This document shows positions 49,701-64,000 of a stretch of DNA of 64,000 bases, piece by piece; position 1 is the first letter of the stretch, and every line of letters starts with the position of its first letter. The notes under the pieces are model-generated. The model saw nothing but the letters and a program-made list of their open reading frames with translations, was not told the DNA's origin and ran no database searches. This DNA is from Ophelia neglecta (taxonomy: Eukaryota), in the NCBI GenBank assembly GCA_965285935.1, contig OZ260666.1, positions 34,410,001-34,474,000 on the forward strand, read 5' to 3'. The translations under genes and the position numbers were made by a program.

Positions 49701-52700
49701 CAGGGAGACACTAAGGCTGGGGGATAAGCTATTAATCAGCTGGCAGCCACCAGATGGAGATAATATAGGATTTGGACAACTGGATGGAATAAGACAAAGA
49801 CACATCACAAGACAATAAAGATAAACACTGGCCCTGGAATATAAATAGAGTCCCCAGGAGGCAGAATTTCAAAGAATTCCTCTGCACCCCAGCCGCTCAT
49901 AATAGAAAGCAGATGCACTGCCCTCACTTCAAACAGGCTAATTTGATTTGGAAGAATACTCCTTCAGAGTGAAAATTGATTGAAAGTTAAAAATTAAAGA
50001 ACAAAGCCAGGGCTTTGAGATTGACACCAGCAGCAGTCAAGATAATCAACATGTTGTGGTTTTAGTGATTGTGTAATGGAATAGTCGTGGTAAACTGCCT
50101 TTGGCCAGGGCTGGCTCTGCTGTACTCATAATGGGAGTCACAGGGTTAACAGTTATTGGGGTAAATTACAATACCCAACAGGAACAATCAGCTTTATTGG
50201 CCCTGTATAATCAGTTAACCCCGTAATGACCCATGCCCAAGTTAAAAACCAACATGAAAGAGAGAAACTTACCCCAGCACTTAGCCACTTTAAAGGTGAC
50301 TATCTGAGTCACCTTTGAGAGAGGGACTGGGTCTGTACAGAGGTCAGGCTGGGCTGCTAGGGGCGCCTGTAAGGGCGGTAAGGGCGTGCCCTTCAGTCTC
50401 TTGTTGCCTCTCACAGCCTGGTACTATCACAATGTCCCATACAATGACTCTGACAATGACACAGAGTGCGACTATAAACAATACGCCACAAAGCTTAACT
50501 TCTCATTGTACAGGCAAACAAATACCGCTTATCTCCAGTCAATTTGTTCAAGTGATATTAGGGATATACAGATTTGTGTAGTGCCTATGCCCGCCCCCAG
50601 TCAATGCTTGATGGACTATGACAATAGTCTATTCTCTGTGACACTTCAAATGCATAGCACAGGAAGTCCGTGGGGGCCCCCAAGGCAAAAAACAATGCCA
50701 AAAGGAGATAGGCACAGCGGAGCTTATCAATATTGATAAAAAACCACTGTCTTTGTCCCCAAGACAGACACAATTAACATCAAGTGGGGTTTATTGGCAA
50801 CGTTTGTCACTGTCTATCAAGCTGACATAGCAGGGAACCAGTGAAGACAATGTAGATCTCCTGAGCTGGCTGCTTGCTGCTGGGTAGTGCCTGTCACTGA
50901 CTAGGGGCAACCCGCTAATATGTCAGACAACAAAACTACAAAGAAAACTACCACCAGCACCCTGGCTCTTCAGTCAACGGCCAAAAAAGGTATTCTGAAG
51001 TATATACTACTGGAGACAAATGGATAACACCATCATAACAAAGAAGTGAGAGATCAGGGATACTTTTTGGAATGGGCTAAAGTGAAACAACTGCACAACA
51101 TCTGCAGAAACACTTCATCCTTTAATGGTGGCTTCCAGTAATCAATCTGAGTGAATGACAGAGATATCCCTTAATATGGAAGATCATTTAAATATCAACA
51201 ACTTGAGACAGGCCACAGGTTCAGCAATTTCAGTTTTTGAAGCTCATAGATAATCCACATGGGATGATGCTGAGTGTCATATTTCATAGCTCTCCTAAAC
51301 CACGCTCTGCCCTTCCCATGACATCGCTGTCTTAGGTGACATTTTTAATCTCGTTTGATTGGGTAGAGAACAGACTTTTGGAACGTCACTCCTCACTCAC
51401 TTGTGGCATCCCGCATTGTCACAGCACTCAGACATAACATAATGGAGACACATCCGCTCAACAATTGACAATGTCATCTGCTATTATTCCTCAGTGTGCT
51501 CAGAGAGCCAGTTTTATCACATACCCACCATAGTTGCCAGTAATCGGAGCAACATCAGATTGGCTTTAACCAGACCACAATGGGGTATCACTTTATTGTT
51601 CCTGGGTGGTATCAGCCAAAACAACCAGCTACATTCCAGCCAAAAGTCACAAAGTTCTATTTTTATGAGATTTAAGACAACAGATAGTCACTGCACCAGG
51701 GTTATTTAGCCATTTTTTACCAGCAACTTCCTCAACATTAATTGAAAAAGAAGTAAACGCAACAGGAGCCGAAAGGGCAACAAGTTGCCAGAGAATAATG
51801 ATGCGATGCTGGGCCTGATTTATTAGCCCAGGCATGGAGATGATCATCGCCGACACAAAGCCAACTTTTGATTTGGATGAGTAATGGAAGATGGGGATGC
51901 ATTCCGAGAAGAGGCGACCTGCGGTGCCAGGAAACGGAGAGCCACCTCGCAATAACTATCACCGAAATACCACCTCCCAATCAAAACCAATCACAAGACC
52001 ACAACAGTTGAGCCGATCTTTCTCTTAGTCAAGTTGCAGACTTACTTGAGCAGACAAACATATTCATAAAACAACCAGCTCTGTGGGATGCTAACACATG
52101 TTTGTCAGCTGAAAGACGAAAAATCATACAAGATAATGCCATTCGGTTGGGGGTTGGGCAGCCTAGGCCCGTTCTTGTGAAACCTACCCTGCCCTCCTGT
52201 GTAAGTGTTCTAGCAAGCTCCCTTGTCTTACCGGCACCACCCAACTGTGATATTTAAATGTTGACCCCCTGTTGATACTGTGCCCGATTCCTCGGGTGGA
52301 ATTCTTCATCAATCATGCTTGAGCTATGTGTATGGTCTTTTCTTGTGTGCCCCACCATAGAGGTGGACTTGTTAATGAGTACAATGATACCTGCCTTATC
52401 CCTCCTGGTCGGAGAGCCATCTTAATGGCACAGTCTCCACAGGGACAGCTACCCTCTATCTGACCTTTACACACAAATATAATTACTCCAGCAGAAGGTG
52501 AAGACATTTAATACAAAAACAAATCTTTCCAGAGGCCACAGTGCAGGTTATAGCAAACAATAATCAAAACTGTACCCACAGCGGCGGAAAAAACAAACTC
52601 ATAAAGATCGACAAGAAGCTAATTAGCTATGATAGCAGTGGATTCAAGTAGCAGATCTCTCGGCGCTCCTCGTCTGCAGGTAACACTTCACTAGAACAAA

Positions 52701-55700
52701 GTGCCAGAGAGAGAGGAATCAAGAACCTCAGCTCATCACAGGCAGAATTATTTCACCAACTCCTCTTTTATTGCAGCGGTGGGGCTCGTATCTCTTTTAC
52801 GTAGAATTCGCAGGTGATAACAGTGAAGCCGGTATCTACGGCCTCACCTGTCGAGTTGAATTGCGGCAGGCAGTCGCCCACAATTCACTGCCCTTACAAC
52901 GCCAAGAATCTCGAGTGTGAAGTTCACACCTTGCGCTAAGGATAAGCCACACTGCATTTTTTGCCGGCTGGGTGGCTCAACAACTGAACAATAGCTGGTT
53001 GGAATCTGTGAAGCCTACATGTAGATACTTGTTAAGTTTAGACATGAACATGACTGTACTCTATATGTATCAATGCAGTTCTTCTCATTAAGATAATTTT
53101 AGCTCATGACTAATGATTTCAAATTAATAAATGATTTCTGTTTCCTAAACTAAAAGCAAAATCGAAATTGTTCAGTGACTGAATGACTAAAAGAATGATT
53201 CATAATCATTTAATAGAACAACAGCAGATATAACAATCAGCCCGCCCCTGTAAAAACATCCAGTCATGAATCACTCAGGTTTTTACACAGATTTACAAGA
53301 CAAGAAAAGTAAAATAAAGTATCTTTTGAGTTGTTATAAAAAGTTCTACTTAAAACCAGCCTTTCCGTATTACTTATGCCATCCAAGCGTGTTTAATTTC
53401 TACTGCTAAGAAGTATTGGGCATGGGTGACAAAACTTGACTATTCAAGCACTTTGACTTGATTATATTCAAGAGCAACCCACGGAGAGCACAACACAGGG
53501 TCCAACACGTGTCTGAGGAGCACTGGCTTGCCTGCTCTGCCATTCTCCCTAATATAAAACACTCACAGCCTTTCTATTTATTGTGTTCTGCCATTATCTT
53601 TCGGTTTTTAATTATCTCTAAACATCTCCATATTTTTCCACGGACCCCGGAGAATATAATATTACCCAATTACCCAGGCAGTTCCAAAATGAACACACTG
53701 CCATGATTTCCGAGATGTCTCTCTTTATATTAACCCTGGTAAGTTGAGATATTTGTCCGAACACTTTTGTCTCTCCAACCATGTGTAACAAATGAAATGG
53801 ACACCGCAAAATTGGACAGGAATAGTTGATCAAAGGCAACAGGCATTTCCTTCACATTTCTACCAATAGGAAGTCTTTTTTACACCGGGGTCAATGTGTC
53901 TGGCAAAGTACCGGTTCTTTGAATTCTATTTATGATAAACAAAGTAAAAATAACTTACCAAGTACAGATGGCTTTACTTTACACCAATAGGATTTACAGT
54001 GAACCTCTTTGTAACTGGGTAAATAATTAAAGGCTGACAACTTTGTCACGATGTGAGATTTCTACATGGGCCTCCTGGAATGTTTTGGATGACAATAAAA
54101 TTCTTATTGCCTGAGCTCAAGTTTTTTTGTGATTCAGCTGAGCTAGAACAACAGGATTACGGTGAACAACAGCTATTTTGAGCCACAATAACTAACTTAT
54201 TGCATAGTTTTCTGCCCCAGACACCTCCATCCTTGTGAATTAGTCATCGCAATTCATTAGTACAGAGGCATTTGTTACGTTTCTCGACCCTTCTGTAGTG
54301 GCTTACAACAGAACACCTGAAGTATCAGCCAGGGCTAGAAGGACACGGTTTTGTATTCATAAAATGCAGCTGGTTGCTCTAACTAAACCAGATTGCTCTA
54401 ATACATGACTCTAGCGGGATAGAGTTAGTTGCCAATGTGCCGCACCGAGCAGGCCCGGCCAAGCACACCCTGGTGGTGGAATACGGTAACTAAAAGGCCT
54501 GGGACCCAGCTTGACCAGGAAATCACTGCCACCAGAGCGTTGGTCTTGGTCTGATCCAAGCGTGGGTCTCCCGGTAGGAATTGTTCTGCCTCACTCTGTC
54601 TCCTGTAGAGTGCACGACCTCCATTAATACTGATAGGACCCCCATGTCAAAACAATCACAGGGTGGCCCCTGACGCTTCCCAAATGCATAAATAGCAGAC
54701 GGCTGCCCCTGTGTTTTAACAGCACCCTCCGCCCAGGTATCCAAGCCTTCTGATAATATAAACAGAGATATTGTATTATTTCTGAAGCCATTGTGTTAGG
54801 AGCGGCTGAAAGTTCAAAACACTGGCCACCCCCTATCACCTCACCGGTGTATTTAGGACCAGTTAAATCCCCTCTTTCTAGGCGTATCATTATTTAAGCA
54901 TCCATTTACCGACCAGATGCTCTTTTCCTATAATGTCTGTTCCACTAATGTGAATTCAGACAAAACCATTCATGTATTATACATGCTTTCCCGTTCCCAC
55001 ATAGCCCCACTAATCCTTACATATTTCCTCAACCAGCATTAATCACTATCAATGGATGGTCATGAAACAAGACAGTGGCACATCAGGCCCGGGGCCTCCA
55101 ACCACCCAACCATAAATCTACCAGCTTATTATGACATACTATTGTGATGGCTTTATGAGTATTTATGAAAATGCTATGTTTCAATAACATGCTTTGATCA
55201 TTAGTTTGGAAACTCTGGTAGCATTGCTGCTCATTTGATCAAGATTATTGCCTATGCAAGAGCACACTGAGCAGGGTCAGAGCAGGCGCCCTCTTGGGTA
55301 GACCTACTACAAGACAATGACCACTGGCGACAGGGATAAATGATGTCCACCCAGTGTCCACTCAAGGCGTGAGTGTGTATTAATGCAGCCCTTATGTGAC
55401 CGGCGTAATCACTGTCTACAAAGTAATAATTAGCAGAACATGGAGGTGAATAATTTGTACAAATAATACATGTACATTGTTCATTGGGCAGTGTAATGTC
55501 GGTTCTCTGGGACTGAAGATGACAGAATATCACTGCTAATAGTGGTCAGTTCTACTGGACTTAGCCACTTTTGAGCATCAATTAAAAGATACCTGATAAA
55601 ACTGCACTCATGTCCACTTGACCACAAGTAATCTGTAGGAATACATGAATACTAATTGGCAATAATTGATGAATTTAAAATGATGGTCAAGAGTTGGTAA

Positions 55701-56181
55701 GAGGGATGGGCTTACAGTACAAACTATCTAAGTAAGCGGGGATGGGATATTAATTTAAGTTCTAAATAAATAATCAAGTACTTGAAACAATTGGTAATAA
55801 AATGAATCCTGGCTTAGTTTATGCCTGGGTACACGCTCATGTGTGAAAGTCAACATGATCAAAAGGACTGACTTGAATTAAATACATGTATGTAAATAGT
55901 TATATACATGTATATGTATGCAAATGTGTTAACAGCTCTATTGTCTTACACAAAATGTATCTTGATGGGTTCAAGCTTTTATGACAAAAGTGATAAATTT
56001 TTAAGAAAACAGGTAAAATATCCTAGAAACTGACCACAACAAGTTCTGAGAAAGCTTCAAGAAAACCCCAAGCCTCATCAGACTATGCTGCACAAAACTG
56101 GCAGTTTTCAGAAAAACTTCAATCTTTACAGACAAAACAAAAAAGAAAATACCATCAAGTTATAGAATAAACAAGTCTCAC

Positions 56182-56480
56182 CTGGCTTTTGTGTCACCTT
56201 TACAGAGAGAGAAGTTTGGAGTGAAGTTTGGAGCACGGAAACCACTAGTTGCTGGGAGTTGGGGCTGGAAGCTGCACGGTGTCTGCTCTATCAATGAAGG
56301 CTACATGAGACACTGCATGTGAAATCCACTCACTCACAATGGCACCAGGGGAACAACACGCTGACTCCCACACAACCTGTGATTGTACTATGAGAGAGGC
56401 GCTGGGCTCCTAACACTGAGTAAGTCCTGCAGATAATGTCCACTGTGATCTGACTGGCTGCTCACACTCAACTAACTGAC
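56182..56480 (-). promoter_or_regulatory. Candidate SoxD first (5'UTR) exon with Initiator
   Basis: TCAGTT Inr-like motif at 56479-56474 and a strong donor CCAG|gtgaga at 56182/56181. Coding exon 1 begins with an acceptor 4 nt before the ATG, so an upstream exon must exist. That it is this one is inference. Confidence 0.4.
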
Positions 56481-59400
56481 CCAGGCTAACTCTCCACTGT
56501 CTACTACAACAATTATACTCTTCCATGCCTTTCTTATATCATCTTTCCTACATTAGTGGACTGAGCCACTACACCGAGGGGTGGGAGAATGGATGCGGAT
56601 GCTGAGCTGTAGTGGACTGTTCCATTCTATGTGGCATGAATCAATATATTCTGAGAAGCCAGTGGCTTAATTACATTTATTAGGGATGGCCTTTAACCTG
56701 GCAACAAAACTGTACCATTGGTGGTTTTCTAGAGGTGATTTATAAATTCTGCGCCAAAGAAGCAACAAGAAAAGCAGGCTGTCACCCCCTGCAGAATGGC
56801 ATGGCTTGGCTTTAGACCTCCCAGCAGGATTACACTATAATCCAATGCACTTTAAGCCTGTTTAGAATTCTGCCTTACATCAGGAAATGTCACAATAGTA
56901 AGACAATGCAGCCTGTTGTTTACCAGCCAACTTCAAAGGCAAATCTAGCTTTTCTGGTGTTTATTTTGCGAAGAGCCTCCATCAGCTTGCTGATTGGTTG
57001 GATGGCTGGGGCTATTGTTTAGACAAGTTTCTGAAGTTTCTTAGTGTACAGACAGGGGACAACTGTGAATGTGAGAAGCAGGGGGAAAGATGAACCTCTG
57101 TGAGCTCAGAAACAAATAGAACTTGGTGTTGACCCAAAAATCTCTGTCTGATACACCAGGATTGTTCTGGCTATCTTGTCTAAACAATGGAGATACCTAA
57201 TCCAGATAGCAACATCCTGCATTGTGTTTTGGGGGCATTCCAGCGATTCCTGAAGCTACGCGCCAGTACAGCCAGTGAGGCAGATGCCCCAGAGAACAGC
57301 GTTTTATATTCTGCCTTTCTGTTGTCTGTCTGTTTTAGCCATTATTGTGTGCTGGGGTGATGAGTAACAAGAAGAGAAATCTGCTCACCAGATGGTGTAT
57401 TAATGATTACATACACAATGGACAAATCTCAGCATATCTCCAAACCAGATATACTGGATAACTGTCCCAGTTTGATAAAAAACTTTTGAAAAGTTTTATA
57501 CAGTGATTGCCTCAAAGCGTAGATATTGCCTTTACTGTCCCTTGAATGTGGTAAAACAATTGAGTAAAAATCAAATGCTTTTTGTTTGAAGATAACTAAA
57601 CCATTTAACAAGCGTGGTGAACATTCTCCAAGCCCCAGTGTTTTGTTTGATTATTCCTGCTATTTTCTCAGGCCTGTTTTGTTGTCGGGTGATTGACAGG
57701 CTGTGTGCACTGAAAAAAGGTCAAAGGGAGACAGCTGATAGAGAGCCCCCCCCCCCCTTTCTCACTCCTAAAACCTAGCCAACCTACTCCCTGAAGTCAA
57801 TATTAAACAGGTCAGATCAGAAACTTAATCAAAACAATAATTCCATCATTTTTACATACACTCACAGCATATCATATTCTGGTTGTTAAAGAGGCCCTGG
57901 GAGGGTTTGGAGACTGACAGTGCTGTGATCTGATAGGCTAGGGTCAGAAACCCCACAAGGGCCTCAGATACAACCAGTAGGAGGTAGATAGGAGATAACT
58001 GAAGAATGGATGAGATTTGGGGCAATTTCTTTTTTATTGTTCAGATCTGAGCTGTGAGTTTTGACATGGACACAGAGCAAGAGGCAGGGACTTATTATCA
58101 CATCCCTGGGAACCTCCGCTCAACTGGCGTCTTTATCTGAGCCTGCTGGAAAATAAATATCAAATTACACAATAACATTGTCATTAATGCCTCCAAATGG
58201 GCCTTTTCCTGCTGATAGCATTTATTAAATTGCCCTTGCAATAAATTCAAATGGGCAAACTTTGTAAAGCTGGGCATATGGCGTTTAATTGGTCTGCGTC
58301 TTTACCAATTTGATACAATCAATGAATCAACTGCCAAAAAGTACAAGTCATAAAAACTCTGAAATTCAAACAAGACAATCACACAGTGGGCATTATAATA
58401 ACTGATTCATGTGTATCACCACCAAAACTGATAGGAAGTGGCTCAAACAAATCCAGTCGCTAACTAAGAATTTCCTATTGATTGTTCCACATGGGATACA
58501 TACAAAAATTGGTCCAGCGCATGACTTTCCATCATAAAAAGTGTGGAGAAATCTGGAGCTCTGTGGGCTATTAAAGTGTGTGATCTGGTTGAGAGAACAA
58601 AGCCCAGACTTGTGGCAGGACTGGGCCCACTACTACAAACCATTCTTGTTTACTCAGCTTGTCAAGATACAATTTATTTTCTTTTGCATTAGACATTATC
58701 AAAGCCCCCCTGGACTGAATCTTTGCCTAATATTAATTCACTGTGTTTCGTTAGTAGATGAAGATAAGCATACCACAAAGGCATTGGTCAGGGCTGTGGC
58801 ACTAATGTTACTAACAGATGTCCAGCATATACAGCCCCTGGATTATAATCACAGATTTATAAATGATTTCTTGCAGTGGGTGCATGGGTTTAGGGCTTGG
58901 GGTGGCAGAAAGTTCCTAGAAAGTCCACACAAGCCCCATTATGGGGACTTGGCACAATAACAGCATGCTACAATACAGACATTGTACAGAGATTTTACCA
59001 TGCTTTACTTCAGACAGTCCACTCTTTAATGCATCAGAAAATAAACTGGTAGAGATTTCAGCAGATGATAAGATGGACAGAAACACAAGGATGTCTCAGT
59101 TGGTTGTCATGGTAACCACTAGACAATGACTTTGGCCAGTCCATAGAGATAATCCTGAGTGAGTAAACCAGATAACTTGTAGGGGCTGAACAATCCACCA
59201 CTGTCTTGTGAACTTGGTCAATGGACATCTTACCCTACCATTGACTACAGAAATATGTTATTAAAGTGGGCCCCACTTAAACAAGCCCTAGTTTATATTG
59301 CTTGAGTTCAATACACATATTGTTTAAGTATTATAAGTCTACATTATGTGAGATGATAAAGTCTCTTGACACTTCTATATATCTTAAGAACAAGCAGACT

Positions 59401-62400
59401 GCCTGAACATGTTGAATTCTCTTACCACAAATTTAACTACATGTACATGTCCAGTGATAATATTGTATAATGTTCTGATTTATATTCAAGTTAGATTGAA
59501 TTACAAGCTAATTAAGCACTGTCTCAATTAATCTTATCACAGATTCAATTCCATCCATCTTATCTGGGTTCATAAAAACAATGATTTAACACACAATAGA
59601 TTGGACTAACTACTTGGCCCAATGTGAGCTGGTTAACTTGCAGTGAAGTAATCCCTTAATTACAATCTACAAATTACAGCCAGCCCAGAGATTTTCACAT
59701 GATAAGATTGTCTGGCCAGATTGTCTTCAGGATATATCATAGCCTATTCTGGGAAGATAAATCTTCATTGTTTACCAAGTGACTTGTACAATAGAAAACC
59801 CTACCTGGCTGGGTGTTTTCTGTCTTTTGTATACAAACTGGGGGGCCATGTGCCCTTATGGCTTAAACATCACCACTCTAATGAACACAAAGTGTTCAAA
59901 GTTGATTTATACACTGCAAAACTGCCATGAAAACACAGCCATATCTCTTAAGCAAACACCGCTATTTCCTTAATCCATTTATAAAGACAATAAGGAGATG
60001 ATAAAAGTATCATTATAGGGCTGTTTGGAGGGACAGAAGACTTGTTGAGAAGCTCCACCTGGTTGTAAGATACTGCGAAAGCCGGGCTAACCTAAACCTG
60101 GGGCTCTTCATCATTAAGATGCCCTAATTAATTTACAATAAAACAAAATGAGAAATGGAACAGAAATAGTTGCTCCACAAAGCATTCTTGGAGTTTTGCA
60201 AGTCAACTGACTCTGATAGAACATGCCTTCACACACAAAACTTGAAAGTTTTAAGAACTTGAGCTAGCCTCAAAGAGAAATGAATACATATTTCTGTTAG
60301 CAACTCGGACTGTTAGACAGGAGGTTGTATATTAATATAAGCCTCTGAGCACAATGAAGGCAGCAGAAATGTCTAGAAATGCCTTGAGAGAGAGAGGGGG
60401 GTGACTGGGTACCTAGGATACAGGGCATTCTCTCCAAGCTCCCAGTGTGCTACCACTGACATGGCAGCATTCAATTGAAATATTACTTGATTTAATTTGA
60501 TATGACTGTCTGTTCTATATTAAGATTCACTTGTTGATGTGATGCGAGAGCTTGCTACCTGCTACGGATGGTGGACCATGCACTGATAAACATGGCACTT
60601 CCTTAATTCACGCCAAGCAGAGACAGAAAAGATCTTGGTCAAATTCCACCCCACTCACCCGCGCTTGGAGCAGGCACCTTCCATCAGCTGGTACCATCAT
60701 TTCTCTCTCTGTGATATGAAATAAGGTGGTGGATATAAAAAGGAGAGGTCTCCTATGTAGATACTGTTTCCAATTGAAAATCCACAGTGGAGTAAATGAA
60801 CATTATATCGACACTATCACCACTTCCCTAGCATCGCTTGTGATTTATGTCCGACCTTTTAGCCTTTTTGTGTCAGGCTGGCTCCACAAACTGGCAAATA
60901 CATAATAATTCTACCCAATCTTTCATCACAGAGCATAAGAACAAAATGGCCAAGTCTGCTACCCTCCTCCCGTCCTAAGGTCATCTCCAGCGGAACAGGG
61001 TTCACTGAGGGCACTAACCCAGCCTGGTCCTTCAGCCCTCAATTCTCCAAATCTCCCCCAATTTTCCCTGAAAGAACCCCTTCTGAGCAGTGGCATTTAG
61101 AACATTTACCGACAAACCTGCAAGCATCTATAGACTGTGAAATTAGAGATTTCTGGAGATATAGCCAGGCTTTCAAGCAGTGCTGAGGAGATAAGCCAAA
61201 CAGGTGAGATTAACAATCAGGTTATGAATGATCCTTATGGGTGCGGTGAGGGACAGAAAGCAATGCAAGACAACAGTATAAACCTTAACAGTGGCTTCCA
61301 AACACTAGCCAGGTAAATGCAATAGCAAGCCGGGCAATATTACATAGTGATGAAAAGCTGACAATATTCTACCAGCAGCTATCAGCGGGACAGTCACTTG
61401 TTAGACAACTGTGTTGGTAATAATAAAGCTGGAAGTTATCATATCGGGGAGCATAAAGGTATCAAATGCTACCCCTGGTGGTTGCCGGCTTCGCCTTCCG
61501 GCCATATTATCACTTTCGACAGGCATACTGATTAACACTGCATACACACAGCACTCAAAAATAGAATCATTTCAGTTGTCTTTTCTAAATAGATTTCTAT
61601 AGACTAAAAAAATACAATTTTGTATCATAAAGCTATCAATTGCATTTTCATCTTAACATAGATATAATGCTTTGAAACTTGGTTCTAGGTACAAAGACTC
61701 TAACTGCTTCACGGTTAAACCACTGCCTACATGTATTGAGTGATGCCGACTGTAGTTTGATATCAGACAGACACAGATTCCATCTGATGCCGGTGAGAAT
61801 CGCTTTACATTGTTTGGAGCACAGCAGAACATCCTGATCAAAATATTTTCACACATATCTACAATGTCGTGAAAATCTTCCCCTTGTTTTACACAGCTTT
61901 GGCCTAGACATCACCACGCCTGGTGCGATTCTTTCCTGATTGCTGTTCTTCCCACAACAGCATTTCCAGAGCGATGGTCTCAAATTCTGCCACTGACATT
62001 GGTGGCGTTTTTCACAGACAAACATGTTTAATATTTGTTCCTTTCTTTTGCCAGCAATGAAGATAGGAGTTATCTAATTCAGATAAATCCAGCTCATCTT
62101 CACAAACATGACGGGCACTGGCCTTTAAAGTGTTGCTATATAGAAGTGAAAACATCCACATATAATCTTAGCATTTCATTATCTTTTCGCTTATTATCAC
62201 CTCATGAAATCAAGTAACCATGTTCATTCTATACAACATACGAGGACTTGGTGCCAAAATTCCAACCACTCTCCACTGATAGACGCTGGCAAAAAAATCC
62301 ATATTGTTAATTGAAAACTGAGCGAAGTGATGTTGATTTTCCATATCTCAAGTACAAGGAGATAGTGCTGTGATCAAATGCCGAGTCAACGGCAAAAAAC

Positions 62401-62598
62401 TATCAAAGATCGGAAAACATTTCTATAGAACTTTGGGGCCATTTTCAAGGCAATTAATACTGCTTTATAGATTTCATCAATTGACTTTATACATCTATTT
62501 CATGGCCATGTTATAAATAAGCTTAACATTAATTTCTTCTGCAATGCATCTCAATCTAACAAAGTTGCAGGCCCCTGAGGTATGACCCCCTGTAAGAG

Positions 62599-62659
62599 CC
62601 CTTAAGTCAGCCCACCTAAGGTTGCCCTCCCCCTAAGTTGGGCCCCCCTAAGGTTTGCC
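62599..62659. repeat. Imperfect ~16-17 bp repeat built on CCCTAAG(G)T x4
   Basis: cccttaagtc / cacctaaggttg / ccctaagttg / ccctaaggtttg. Confidence 0.6.
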
Positions 62660-64000
62660 ATTTTTAAACAACCTCCAAAAGACAGCTACACAGTTATAAT
62701 GAGAAGTCTTGAATATCATTTTTGTGTCCTGTGTACTTTGTTATAGCAGCCAGTTGAACAAACAGTCAAGGTAGCAGCACCTTCTCTCATCTGCCTGACT
62801 ATCTATGTGGCAGGAGAAACAACAAGCCAGAACAAGGCTGTGAGACACCACAAGCTATCAGGTTTACCTACTAAAAACACATTAAAAACCTTGATGTTTA
62901 ACACCTTTAATACAACTAGAGAGAACTAAAGTACACAGGACGGATGTTCATCAGCAACTCACTGAAAACGGCAAAGTCCATAATGACTTCTAACCAGTGC
63001 CTTTCTGTGAATGTAATTAGCACTAAGTATTAATTTACTTTATCCCATAATCATAACAATATGATTCTAGCGAATCCTGATCCCTTTAGCTACAGCTCTT
63101 GGTAAAACTAGACAGACTGCACTTTACCAAAGTCCACAAACAACACACAATGTGACTTTTAAACAAACACATAAAGAATGCACACCGGCAAAAACATGAT
63201 TATGAGCAACAAATGTTTTTTTGCAACCTTAGAAGTGTTTTGACAATGGTTCAGGTCAATCAGAGCTAGGCTGACTGGGTTGAAGGTAGCTAGGATTGCC
63301 TGCTGTCTTCTCCTGATGGCCGCCTATTAGACTATCACACTCAAGGTGAAAAGAGTACACCATCTAGAAGTGGCGGTTAGCAGTTAGCATCTTGGCTATG
63401 GTTTATGACAGAGGACATAGGAATGTGTTTTATTACTAGTCCATGGTCAATAGCTATAGTGTGCCGTCTGCCACCAAACCTTCCCCTCACTCAATAGCTA
63501 CCGGCAGCGATTGTTTTGAGATGGGTACTTCTCAAATAACAACTGCCTATTTTCTATTTCCGCCACTTCTGACATCCCAACAGCTAAACCTATTGGGCAG
63601 AGTGACTGAATTACACAGAAAACTAGGTGTCAGTAAAACAATACTGCCGTGTATATTATTTTCCATAATGATTCTGCTATATTTGGGGACATTCTTTAGT
63701 TTATGTCTGATATTTAAGCTCTACAGTGCCAGCAGAGAATGGCATTTTGTAATGTTGTACATGTTATTGCTCAATAAATGACAGCGACCATCACCCAGAC
63801 TGGCACAGCCCTGTCAATCACCACGAACAAAGCCAATTTAAAAATGATACCATCAACTTTAAGCGGCAGTGGCTGATAGTCTCTGACGGCGCTGGGTGGA
63901 AAACTGGTAAAGCACCCCTGGCCCAGCGGGCTCCACCGTTCGGACAAACAGATAAAAGATAGTTCAATCAGAATTTGATATTCATCAGAATGTGCCACTC

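Noticed and set aside
44000-64000. A second protein-coding gene or transposase upstream of SoxD
   Set aside because: Only short ORFs with no recognisable domains and no chain of phase-compatible exons.

Overview
Eukaryotic, AT-rich genomic DNA from an invertebrate animal (lophotrochozoan-like by impression; the taxon cannot be fixed from this sequence). The window is dominated by one large minus-strand gene, a SoxD-group (Sox5/6/13, Sox102F-like) HMG-box transcription factor. I assembled a complete, phase-consistent GT-AG model of 8 coding exons: 43728-43153, 32150-32114, 10125-9623, 8919-8649, 8403-8227, 8023-7918, 6401-6259, 5985-5702 (2097 nt, 698 aa + stop). One exon is a 37-nt mini-exon absent from the ORF track. 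It is needed to keep frame across a 33-kb gap, and skipping it creates a TGA exactly at the junction. The gene probably has a ~4.3-kb 3'UTR carrying several miR-96/182/183(263)-family seed matches, and a candidate non-coding first exon/promoter near 56.2-56.5 kb. The introns contain a ~2.4-kb 22-bp minisatellite with higher-order structure, several hairpins, and CpG-richer patches with Sox-type motifs. I found no prokaryotic features, CRISPR, rRNA/tRNA, intact transposon or second protein-coding gene. I see no clear new 'system'; the best leads are regulatory features of the SoxD locus.
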